Assembly (NCBI GenBank): GCA_004764695.1
Contig: SMSO01000032.1
Span: 1,364,001 to 1,428,000, forward strand
Direction: 5' to 3'
DNA from: Schizochytrium sp. TIO01
Taxonomy: Eukaryota; Protista; Bigyra: Labyrinthulomycetes
Length of the DNA stretch: 64,000 nucleotides
Shown: positions 37,600-48,327 of the stretch, in pieces
Layout: every line of letters begins with the position of its first letter
Numbering within the stretch: position 1 is the stretch's first letter
Position numbers and translations under genes: made by a program
The notes under the pieces: model-generated
The model's input: only the letters and a program-made list of their open reading frames with translations
Told to the model about the DNA's origin: nothing
Database searches by the model: none

Positions 37600-40500
37600 A
37601 ATTGCTCCGCGTGGTTTTGTGAAAGACCTTTTGCATGCGCAGGTGGGGACAGGCTTAACCTGTCCAGGTCGGAGAAGTGATTGCCAGAGAAAAAAAGAAG
37701 AATCTGTCAAGGCAGTACTAAAGTATTGGTTAAATGCGGCTAGTATGGCCAAGTGACTCAATCCTGGGTCCTGTAGATGGAATAGATGGAATGCCAATTG
37801 CTGTAGAAAAGCATTGGCGTGGCCTACAGCAATTGGCATGGCCTACTATGAGGCCTCTATTCGATGGGAAGACAGAAGTTTTGGAAGAACCACGGTGGAC
37901 ATTACATAATTTTGAGCGAGCAATATTTCAAGTATCGCGAGGCAACGCAGATTGTTGGAGGCTGGCTATAAGCCACAAAAACTCTTTCCACAAGTGAAAG
38001 AAGTGCCATGATGGGCTTTGGACACTACCGAGTACTATCTTTAAAATCAAAATCAGGCTTGCATTGAGTCTAGTAGAAAGTTAACTCACCATAAGGTATA
38101 CCTTCTCATACATACTATGTCCTGAAACTCGTTGAACCGTTACCACCTGAGTCGGAAAATGCTCCCGGACTTTCTTAAAGTTGAGAAATATGCACAAACA
38201 TCTGAAACCACCACCGAAATACAAGCTGCACATTATTCAGGTACCGAGAGGCTCGAGCAAAACTTACTCCATGAGCTGGCAACTTGCTCTCTGAAGGTCT
38301 GCGGTAAAGAGGAAAGTGATGACGCTTTAGGTTTGTTAGAACGCACATCTATGCCTTTTGGTATGTGTGCCTGTTGCTCAATAGCGAGCGCGTGTATGCT
38401 ATGCTCCCTTTCCAGAAGAGAAACGGACAATCTGGTAGGTTGGCGACTAAGTGTGCCATATGTGCAAATGAAATGATACATCATTCCCGAAAGTTTTTCA
38501 AGCAAGTATGCCCAAAAGTGACTACTCCATATACAAAGACTCGAAGAGCCATGCCTCTATATGGAGTTGCCTAATGTTAAGCCTTCTTGCACTGTTTGCG
38601 TGCACATATTTGCAAACGCAGTTTCCCCCTTCAAGTAAACGAGTATTCTCTGCAGGTGCTCCTTCTTCCCCGCCAAGATCACTAGGAATTTACCAGATAC
38701 TAATAATCTGTTTCTTTAGAAAGATTCAGGGAAATCAAGGCGTGGGACAATTTATATATGCCGGCACAACAAACAAAGCTCTCGTTGCTGTCTGAAATGC
38801 ATTATGAACGCCAATGCTAATGATCAGGCAAATTGCCTTGCATTTAGCTTCTACATACCTACAAAGCATGACCTTATACTCATGCAAGCCAGGGATAATC
38901 TCTGCTCTTTGATCATGTGCTGTTGTGTAATGTTTCAAGAGTTCTAAACTAATGGAGAAAACGTTTCCCCGCTCTTTTCAATATGAATTGGTCGGGTGTT
39001 CATATGTATTCACATTTATGGGTTGAACTCAGTTTGAGACAAATACCGTGGCTTTGTTCAAAGTGCAAGATAACAGGAGCATTTCACCATACAACATATT
39101 TGGTTTTATCGCAATTAATTGCGCTACAATGATGTCTGAAATATGGAAAAGGTGCCAGCTACTGCTAATTCCATGTTGGCAACCTATTTATTCTGAAAGC
39201 CGAAGTTGATGTTTTCGGATGTGCTTGTGTAGATATTTTGTAGGAATCTGATACATCGTCCTCTGGCTCTATAATAAAATTCAACCATTAATGCTTGAAA
39301 ACGCATAAGAAAAGAACCTTTGTTCATACGCTTAGGTATGTGACTGTTATATGTGATGTTATTTATCTCGCCAGACTTTAGAACTGAGCTTATCAGTGAT
39401 TTTCAACAGGAACATCGTCCAAATATTCGTAAAACAGAACCAACCTTTGGACTACAGATGTACCTTCGAATTGCAACTTATCGTCTCGTGATGTACATCT
39501 GGGTAGGTAGTCACTCACTCCTGATTCGCGAGACAGATCACCACTCATGAACGTTGAGCATGCTTCAAGCGAAGAAGCTTGGAAAACGAAGCATTTGACA
39601 AGGCACATTGCCGCGTCAATTTAGTCTTTGGCTCATCTTGTAAGATTTTCCGAATAGGTACAGGGGACTATCTGAGGATGGATGGATGGAAGGAAGAGCT
39701 CTAAATGTACACCATCTAAAGGTTGTGCTCAGTATGGCGCAGCCTTTTCCGAACAATTACACTTCCCGCTCTTCCGGCGAATCCGTTTCAAATCCGTGCA
39801 TAGCCGATGCTCTGCAAAAGTGTAGACTTTCTGAACAAAATGGAGAATGGCACATCAAATTGATGCAGTTCTCAAACGAACCTTAAGCATAACTTGCACG
39901 TGGTCAGTCAAGATCCCCCACTACAGGAGCTCTTATAAAAAGGTCTTGACAAAGAAACTTGCGATCTTCCCTTACTCAAGCACGTGTTATACACAGCTAT
40001 ATACAAGAGCCTGCCAGTCTCCGAACCACTTTGAAAGAGGCAGCGTTTCTCTACGGACTATGCCTTCATTTGGAAATGAGTTTTCGAATGAAGCCTCTGA
40101 AACACCCCAGTGCGAACAGCACTTCCAGGCACTATGGTAGTGCAGGCGCAAAATATTGGTTACGATTACCAGGCTGGTTTCGCCGCTCGCACTCCACATC
40201 ATTCTCCACTTCCCTCGTGTAAGTAGGAAATAGGTATTCCCAGGAGAATGCCAATGCTTCGTGAATACCTTACCAACAGACGCTCGCTCATGCCTAGAAT
40301 TCAAAGGCGTTACAAGTGACCTTGCACCGGAGTAGGAAATGCCGACATGGTTACAAGACCTGCGTTCTTTTATTGGAGCGCTGCGCTAGAGCTCACGAGA
40401 CTGCGGAAGCTCATACACGATCTCGAGGCTGGTTTCACAGTGAGGTGTCCACGGAAAGGGAGTGTTGGTCACAAGAGACGACAACGGGAGGGTTCGCTTT

Positions 40501-40600
40501 TTAGATTGGCCACATATGCACGATGCAGGCTGACCACATCACAAGTCGCATCGCCAAGTCAGGTTCCACGATTGAAATGACTGAAACAGATTGCGAGATC
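37600..40600 (+). pseudogene. Decayed KLC-like TPR array, convergent with the 40909-41802 gene
   Basis: 37899-37944 TLHN/LSEQYFKYREA then LLE; ~38264-38343 LLHELATCSLKVCGKEESDDALGLLER; 40031-40111 LKEAAFLYGLCLHLE…KHPS; ~40368-40453 LLLERCARAHE…GWFHSEVST. Confidence 0.6.
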
Positions 40601-40908
40601 TTCCCAGGGCAAATTTTTGATGGGGCACAAGTGAAATCATACCTCATATGGCAGGATACAAGGGAATAGTGAAACGAAGGCACTGACTGATTGAGCAAGA
40701 TGGTCACGTGTACAAGGTTATGTATGATAAAACAAACGTGAAGAAGAAGCCAATGAATGACCAAAAGATTGTGAGTCGACTTATGTTCTGTTATATAGAT
40801 GGGCGCGATCAAATTACAGGTTGCATTGGATGGGGGATAAATCATGGTTGTGCGTGCTTAAGAGGCCCGTCTGAAGGGTGTGGATGGGGTTGGGGTGCTA
40901 GTTTACCA

Positions 40909-41802
40909 TTAGTTTCCGCGAAGACGGCGCTCAGAGCCAGTAGAGTAACTGTCAGTGGTGGAGTAGCCATCGCCGTCACAGTAGAGAGACTCACAGGCGT
41001 ATCCACAGGTAGAGTCCCAAGAGGTGGAGTTCATGCAGGTGGTGAGAAGGCACTCAACAAGGTCGTCCTCACTGCAGTCGCTGGAGCCGAAGCAGACGTC
41101 GAAAGAGTCATCCTGCTCGTCGAGGCAGTCACCACAGGCATCCATGTCATCAACAGTGGTGGCGTTGAGGCAGGATCCACAGGAGGTAGCAACAACCTCC
41201 TCAACGCAGGTGAGGTTGACACTGGAGGATCCGAGAGCGTCAGTGCGGTTGGAGGCAAGGGAGCTGTTGGTGTAGTTGGAGATGATCTCCTCAGCCTTGG
41301 TGCTCTCGTAGAGGTCCTCGTCCATGTCGCCGTCATCAAAGATCATGGCCGGGCAAGAGGATGTGTTGGCAATGCAAATGTTCACGCAGGTGTCAGCCTC
41401 GTCCCACTCGGTGGTGTTGCAGTTAGCAAGCACGCAGTCGGAGGCACCGTTGAAGCAGGCTTCGTCAATGGTGGTGGTGTTGATGCAGCTGAAGAAGGTG
41501 TCACGGTTGTTGTCGAGGCAGCTAAGACAGTCTCCGAGAAGAGCATCCTCCTGGAGGCAGGCATCAGAGCAGTTGTTGAGGAGAGCTGACTCGATACAGC
41601 TGGTGTTCCAGAACTCACTGGTGTCGTAAAGCTCCTCGTCAGAGGCCTCGAGCAAGCGAGTGTAGTTGGTGTAGTTGGAGTAGACTCCACCACAGTCGGT
41701 GGCGTTAGTGGAGTTCATGGCGCAGTCCAAATAGTAAGCCTGGACGCTGTGCACCATCTGGGTGAGGGCCACGACGGCGGCGAGTGCGAAGAACTTGGTC
41801 AT
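40909..41802 (-). CDS. Secreted acidic Cys-rich glycoprotein with two 12-Cys domains (paralog of the 30439-32490 gene)
   Basis: 297 aa. Signal peptide MTKFFALAAVVALTQMVHSVQA; short 2-Cys segment then RLL; 12-Cys domains at 41353-41598 and 40978-41208; ends in RRLRGN; strong preference for C-ending codons. Confidence 0.92.
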   Translation of the reverse strand: MTKFFALAAVVALTQMVHSVQAYYLDCAMNSTNATDCGGVYSNYTNYTRLLEASDEELYDTSEFWNTSCIESALLNNCSDACLQEDALLGDCLSCLDNNRDTFFSCINTTTIDEACFNGASDCVLANCNTTEWDEADTCVNICIANTSSCPAMIFDDGDMDEDLYESTKAEEIISNYTNSSLASNRTDALGSSSVNLTCVEEVVATSCGSCLNATTVDDMDACGDCLDEQDDSFDVCFGSSDCSEDDLVECLLTTCMNSTSWDSTCGYACESLYCDGDGYSTTDSYSTGSERRLRGN

Positions 41803-42904
41803 TTTGACTGAGTTGAAATGTGTACTACCACTATAAACTAAAGTTTACTCTCGCCAAGGCTATCTGCGTTGGTCGGGAGATCGGTTGATGGGATACCGGT
41901 TGCGGGTTTGCTGTTGGTTTGTTTGAGTTGGTTTCCACGTTTCGGATTTGTTGCCATCTCCTGGCCTGCCTCGCCGTGACCTGACAACTTTCTCATTACA
42001 TTCTTTTCAGACGAGAAAACATACGACATAATTTATTAACAAAAAGAAAAAAGAACAAGCCAAGAAACTCTTTTTGAAAAGAAAAAAAAGGAAGAAATTA
42101 CTTTATGATTGTAAAGGCATTTACAGAAGAGAGCGAGCTCTCCAAGCGTTTTTCTTTCTATCAACCCATAAATCCCCAACATCAATTTAGCACAGACAAA
42201 GAGATTTGAAGCAATAAAGCACAAGAACACCCGCTCATTCGGTCAGCGCTTAGGATTCCTCATAGAAGTCAATTAGCAGCCCGACACAGCTGCGCTGGCA
42301 AATTAATAATCGAGTTTTCATTCTGAAAACATTTTTCTTCTCCTGAAAACAGCCGAAGAAAATATCTGGAAAAACCTTAAGTTATTTTTTTAATTTTTTT
42401 TTTTAAAAAAGTATATATTAATAAATCGATTATATTATAAACCCAAAAGAAGGAACTATTGAAAGTAAAGCTTATCACTCCTGTGCCTTCCTCTTATTCG
42501 CTGCTTCAGCGCTCCCTCATTCTTTTCGGCGTGCCTTCGTTACTTGCGTCTGTCTAACTATCTATTCTTTTACTCTTTTTAAGTTGATCTCATACGTATT
42601 TGAATTATTCATTCATCCGGATGAACGAACAAGGGCTTTCCTCGCACTGGCCTCTTAATGTTTCATGAAAGTAATTATTTGTTTGTTTGTTTATTTGTTT
42701 GCAGCGTTTCTTCTCTTTCCTGCTTTCTTTCTGCCAAAAGCTTTGGAAGGAGAGAGAAAGTGGCGCTCCAGAAAAGAACGCTGGAAGAAGGAAGCACTCG
42801 CTCTGCGTAGGTCTGGCTAGCGCCGACTAGGAGTGCGCCTCACTGCCTGATGATGCGATTGATGATGATGATGCTGCGGGTGTTTCCCAGTTTTCAAATT
42901 TTCA

Positions 42905-42955
42905 CAAATTCAAATACTTTGATTCAAATTCAAATACTTTGATTCAAATTCAAAT
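42905..42955. repeat. 20-bp tandem repeat (CAAATTCAAATACTTTGATT) x2.5
   Basis: Directly visible; shares the AAATTCAAA core with the 48219-48327 repeat. Confidence 0.9.
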
Positions 42956-45175
42956 CCGAACTCTTTCTTCGCCTCCTTAGTTACACGCCATTACAAGTAG
43001 CTAAGTTACCTGGGTAGACCTGTAACTCCCGGCGCAAGCTCCTCAGAACCGATCAGCAGGAGTACCTGCCTGCTGCAAAGAAAGCGTGGCGTGGGCAGGG
43101 GTTGCTTGTGCGAAGGGGAGAGCTGGCTAGCTAGGTAGGTAGCCAAGGTTCTCAGAACTCAGGCTCGGGCTTTACACAAGCAGGCAACTGGCAGGAAGAA
43201 TCGGGATGTTCATTCGAGAGCATGCTAGCTAGCTAGCTAGCTAGAGAACGCTCGCTCGTACGTGGCGCTAGCTAGTTGGCCAGTTCTCTGAGATTCTCTG
43301 CACGTTGCCCTCTATTTGTCGGGCTACAGAGCTCTTCGACCGGTGGCAACCGACGAGGCGGCGAGATGAACCTCTTCCGCACTGAGCTCGCGGTCGTCCG
43401 TGCGAACGAAGAACATCTCCATCGCTGGGAAGACTGCCAATGCAAAAAAAAGGCTGGCGCAAAGACTTGCAGCTGCAGAGGCCGCTACCGTTCTCTAGAT
43501 CACTCGAAAGCAAAGGCCTTGAGCCAATAGAGTGCAAGCTAGCTAGCTAGCTTGCATTTTACGACGGAGATCGTTTGGAAACAACTGAAGAACTAGCTTA
43601 TCATGCGGCGATGATGCTGATGGACAGATGAATCAATCAGATTTTAAGATATGTAGATAACCTGTTGTCGTAAGTTACGAAGGATGCGAAACAGGCACTC
43701 CTTCCAACGACAGAACCACCCATCATGATCATCCCCTCCTCAAGCCCTGAGTGCACTAGCTGCCTTGGCGTCTGAGATGATGGCCGGGCATGAGCATCAT
43801 CATCATGTCATCGTAATTATCGCCGCTATCGTCTGATGAACGAACATCTTGGCTCTCTCCTCTGCTTCGGCCCATACTGAATGTCTGCTCGACTACTCTC
43901 TTGGCCATTAAAAATAAATTGGCCGCTCAGGTTTCTCCTCTATGTCTCAATCAAATTTTAACGCCCCGATCAAGTCGAATAATTTTGCCAGTGTATATAT
44001 TGTAGCTACCGTCTGATCTCAGCTGATCATGCTCTTATCGTGCTGCTGTTATTATCACGAGTTGAGTAGGTAGAAAGGTATCGTATTATCTGGGATGTGC
44101 TATCTGTTTTATTCGAGTTCCCCTCCGTCTCTATCCTCGAGAAAGCGAGTTGTTATTTCCTTCACCAAGAAAAAGAAACTTAAAAAAAAAGAAACAAACA
44201 AAACTTGTTTAAAAATAAAAAAACGCTTTGAACGATATTGTTCTTTTTCGAATTAATTATAAAACGAAAAGCGGAAGAGTAAGTAGCAATTTTCAAAATA
44301 ATGTTCATACTTAGAACAGAAGACGTGGGAAGGGCCCGGCTCGGGAGCGAGTGCGCGAGCGTGCGCAGGTGTCGCCGCAGGAGGCCATATTTCCAGCGGT
44401 TAAAGCAGTCAGGCTCCACCGAGGGACCATTGGTGGGGGAAAGGCTACCAGCCAGACTACAAAGTTGAACTGCCAAGCACCGGGTTTTCTTGGTTGAATT
44501 GCGCGAAAAGGGCAGATTCGCTCATGCCCGCAAACTCTGTCATAGCCAAAAATTGGTTGAAAATACACTTCTTCATGCAATTTTTATAATAAGTAATAAG
44601 TAATAATAATAATAATAATAATAATAATACATAAAAGGGCAGAAGTTTCATCATCAGAAAGCAAAATTGGGAGTCAAAAGCAAGAAAACAGCGGGAACTC
44701 CGTTTGACTCCCTCGCGAACAGTGAACACTGAGAATAAAAGCCTATCTCACTTCGCATCATTTCTCTCTCTTTTCATGTTCCTCTCTCGTTTCCACGCAT
44801 TCCAGGCTTGGTTTTATTTATTAGTACCTTCGAGTCCAGTTCTTCTGCTATTCGCTGTTCTCGCTCGCAGACCCCCTCCCTAGGTCGGCATTACCTCAAA
44901 CGCTAGACATGGAAGGAAGCTCCGAATAGGATTCCCCGATTCCCCGGACTTGGTGCATCCGGTGTTCGCATACAAGTCCAATAGGGGATTCCCCTCCCTT
45001 TCCAGAGAACGCGAAGCTCGTCGCCGAACTCTCATAAATCTGTAGAACGGCTTGAGGGCACAGAGATGTCGCTCCATCTTTGGTCGACCTTTGAGCTTTG
45101 CTTGGGAAGACAAACAATCAGAGAAGCTGCTCGCTCCTTCAGCGAGAACCAAAGCTTCTTGAAGGAGACCTCACG

Positions 45176-45212
<37 letters not shown>
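45176..45212. repeat. (ATCA)n microsatellite
   Basis: Directly visible. Others nearby: (AAT)n ~44600, (CAG)n ~45458, (CCTA)n/(GCTT)n ~46685-46770, (CCATCT)n ~49915, (AAAC)n ~51721, (AAATG)n(AAAAG)n ~53793, (AAAAC)n ~54395, (CT)n ~54755, (AT)n ~55434. Confidence 0.95.
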
Positions 45213-45213
<1 letters not shown>

Positions 45214-46739
45214 TGCATTCTTTCTGACCTATTGACAGTCAAGTCTGAACCATGGCAGAAAGTAAGTAAACCCATCCGAAAGCAAAGCAGAGACTGCCGC
45301 GACAGCCTGACAACTTGAAGAGGAGTGCGGCTCTGGCCTTCGAGATTTTCGAGAGGAGAATTGCTCGACTGTTTCGATCTGGAGGAGGAGCGTTTCTACG
45401 CGCCGCCGTGCTCAAGATCTGTCATGAAAAGGCCAGCAAATCGGCCCTTCCTTAGACAGCAGCAGCAGCAGCAGCAGTGCGAGTGCACTCGATCTCAAGA
45501 GAACGCCAGGAACCCTTGCGTGTCTTCGTGTGTCGTGCCGCGGAATCTGGAGAACCGGGCTCGAGCTGTGTACACGGCCAGAGGCGAACCAAACTAGATT
45601 CTTGCGGCCTCGGTTTGCCTCAGCTCTGTCAGCTCAGCGCTGTCTGCACTCTCGAGGTGCCGCGCTTTCCGTTCCCTATGAACGAATGAACGCGCGCACA
45701 TTCAAACCCCTTCAAACGCCGGGAACAACGCCCTTTCGAGCTGTCCCCAGCACGCCTCGCTTGCGCGTGAGCTAGAGTAAACCGTAGGGCCCTCTGCTGG
45801 TGGTGCGAAACGATGTGTGAGTGTGTGCATCAGCAAGTGAACAAGCAAGCAAAGCCCGTTTCTGCTCGGTTTCCTTGGAATGGGAAGGCTTTGACGTTGT
45901 AGATGCTGACTGACTGGCTGACTGACTGACGTGGTCCGGACTGGACTCCTGACTGGTGGCGCTGCCGGGAATGGCACCGGAGCGGCACTCTCTTTCACTT
46001 TTCCAGGTGAGCTGCCTCGTTCAAGATCTCTGCATCTCGTGTCTCAAAGGCTCTTCGGTCAATCGTTCGATCGTTTGTGGACAGCTTCATGGAATCTGTT
46101 GGGAAGGAGGACTAGCTAGCGAGCTGTTCTCTGCAGAAACTGTTCTCTTTGCATGAAACCTTTTATCGATTATCTTCTTTTTGTTTTTGTTTTTTCTTTT
46201 TCTAGTTCTTTCCTTGCTCCTGTTCGTTGTGGTGAGTTAGCTGCCTCTTACCAGCCAGCCCTATTTGTTGTTTTTCAAAATGTTTCTCTGCGGTAGCCTT
46301 TAATTAAAAAAAAAAAACACTTTAAATAAATAAATAATAGGTAAAAATAATCTGCATCATGATATTTCGATATAGCATGGAGGTGCGAAAGTCTCTGCGA
46401 AGAAGAGAGAAGCAGCAAAAACAGAGACTCACCAGACGAGTCGAAGAGGCCGGTCACTGTTGGACACTTCTCTGCCGCATGTCATCTATTCGCTAGCTTG
46501 TTCCTGTCTACCTGCCAGCAGGTTAGTCAGCGCAAGTACTCACCGCCTTCTCACAATCTCCAGCTAGCCGGAAGTAGCTAGCTCGTCCTCTTTTAAAACC
46601 TGAAACTGCTCCTTTCGATGTTTTGCCAACTCGAGGTTTTCCTCTCTGCTCAAAGCTTCGATGAGCAGCGCCATAGTTCTGGTACCTACCTACCTACCTA
46701 CCTGCTGCTTGTTAGTTTGTTTCTTTATTTGCTTGCTTA

Positions 46740-46770
<31 letters not shown>

Positions 46771-48218
46771 TTCTTTGTCGTGTTGGTTGGGGGTTTCCTC
46801 ACTCGCTCTCGGCTCAGGGAAAGAGCTTGACGGCCGTCGTCGTGATTTGTGTCTCTCGCGAAGGAAGGCCGAGCTTCATTTCTCGATTTTCGTTGAGCCA
46901 GTCAGCGCGAACTCACTCGCATCGTCTGGTTCGAATTTAGCATCCAAGGTCTATTGTATTTAAATATATTATATATATTTATAATTAGTTCACAAATTAG
47001 TGCTTAATTGTCGAACAGTTAAAGAACTGCTCAGGTTATACATTTATTTTTTCATTCATTTATTTATTTATTTGTTTATCTATTTATACAGATAAAAGAA
47101 AAGAAAAGAAAGAGTAAAATAATTAAAAGTGGGAGGGAGAAAGAGAGGAAACCTTTTTTTCCTTTCCTTTCTTTAAAGAAAAGGAAAAGATTGACATCTA
47201 AAAGTGAGGACCCTTAGCTAACGAAAGCCAAAAAGAGCATTTTTTCTCGAATCTCGTACCACACCATATACACAATCTACGCGACGAGAGCCCAGTTCCC
47301 TCTATCGGCTCAAGCCTCAGTAAATGTGCAGTTCACTCTTGCAAACGCCACCTCCAAGCAGAGCCCTTCCTTCGACCCTCCTCCGTTGCAAGCAAGCTGA
47401 GCTCCTCAACAACCAGCCCTTTGAAAGATACTCGGTTCTCTTTTCCATCTTCAACGCAAAGAAACAGAACCCACAAACAAACAAACAAAGCACTTCAATG
47501 AATGGGCGGGCACCTGCGGACACCTTCCATGAGTCCCTTAGGGACCTCTGGGAAGATAGTACAGCTTGAGCTGTAGTTGTCTTGAGCTCAAAGACTGATC
47601 ATGTCTTTCTTGATTTCTGCAGGAACCTGAGCGAGAGCAGCTGCGAAGAGATCACCGCGTTGATGGGAACGCTGCAGATGCCAGCGCTTCGAAGGGAAAG
47701 CTTTGCAGAGGCCTGCCAATCAGGGGCCTTTGCTCCTTCTGCCACGGCTGCTGCGGCTTTCTTGAGGCTGGGCTCGACTTGAGAAGTAGCAGCAGGGCAC
47801 CGAGCTTCTGCTCGGCTTGAGGTCTCGTGGGTACGCGAACTGGAGCTCGGCTGCGCAGGATGGGCAAGCTCGCGAGGGTTCACGAGCGGTGCAGGTGCTC
47901 GACGTGGAGCGAGCTCGGTCGCTTGGTCGCTTGCGAGTTCGCGTACGTGCTCGGCTGCAGTGGTTTCAGGGCCGCTCCACTTGCTTGATCCTCTGTCCCG
48001 AGCCCGAGCTGCGGCGGCCATCTGCTCGGTCTCCGCGTCCACCTCGCTCTCGCCCAGCAAACGGCACAAGAGCTCTCAGATCGTGACGACCGCGTTTCCT
48101 CCGCCTCCAGCCCGCACGCCGGCCCATGTCTGCAAACTGAGCACGGTCCATCGCGAAGCCACTTTGATCGCAAAGATTTCGTCAAAACCCAACACAATCT
48201 GCGTGAGCTCGAAATTCA

Positions 48219-48327
48219 AAATTCAAATCTAAATTCTGCTCAGAAATTCAAATCTAAATTCTGCTCAGAAATTCAAATCTAAATTCTGCTCAGAAATTCA
48301 AATTCAATTTCTGCTCAGAAATTCAAA
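48219..48327. repeat. 25-bp minisatellite (AAATTCAAATCTAAATTCTGCTCAG) x~4.4
   Basis: Three perfect units (48219-48293), one variant and one partial unit. Confidence 0.95.

Noticed and set aside
37786-37810. DGMPIAVE resembling the NB-ARC GLPLA motif
   Set aside because: Overlaps a local agatggaat duplication; no P-loop or Walker B found upstream.
40708-41589. 293-aa + strand ORF
   Set aside because: Antisense shadow of the codon-biased 40909-41802 gene. The same applies to 31381-31842 and the other ORFs overlapping the repeat gene.
48219-48327. CRISPR-like array
   Set aside because: Head-to-tail units without spacers; no cas genes; eukaryotic context.
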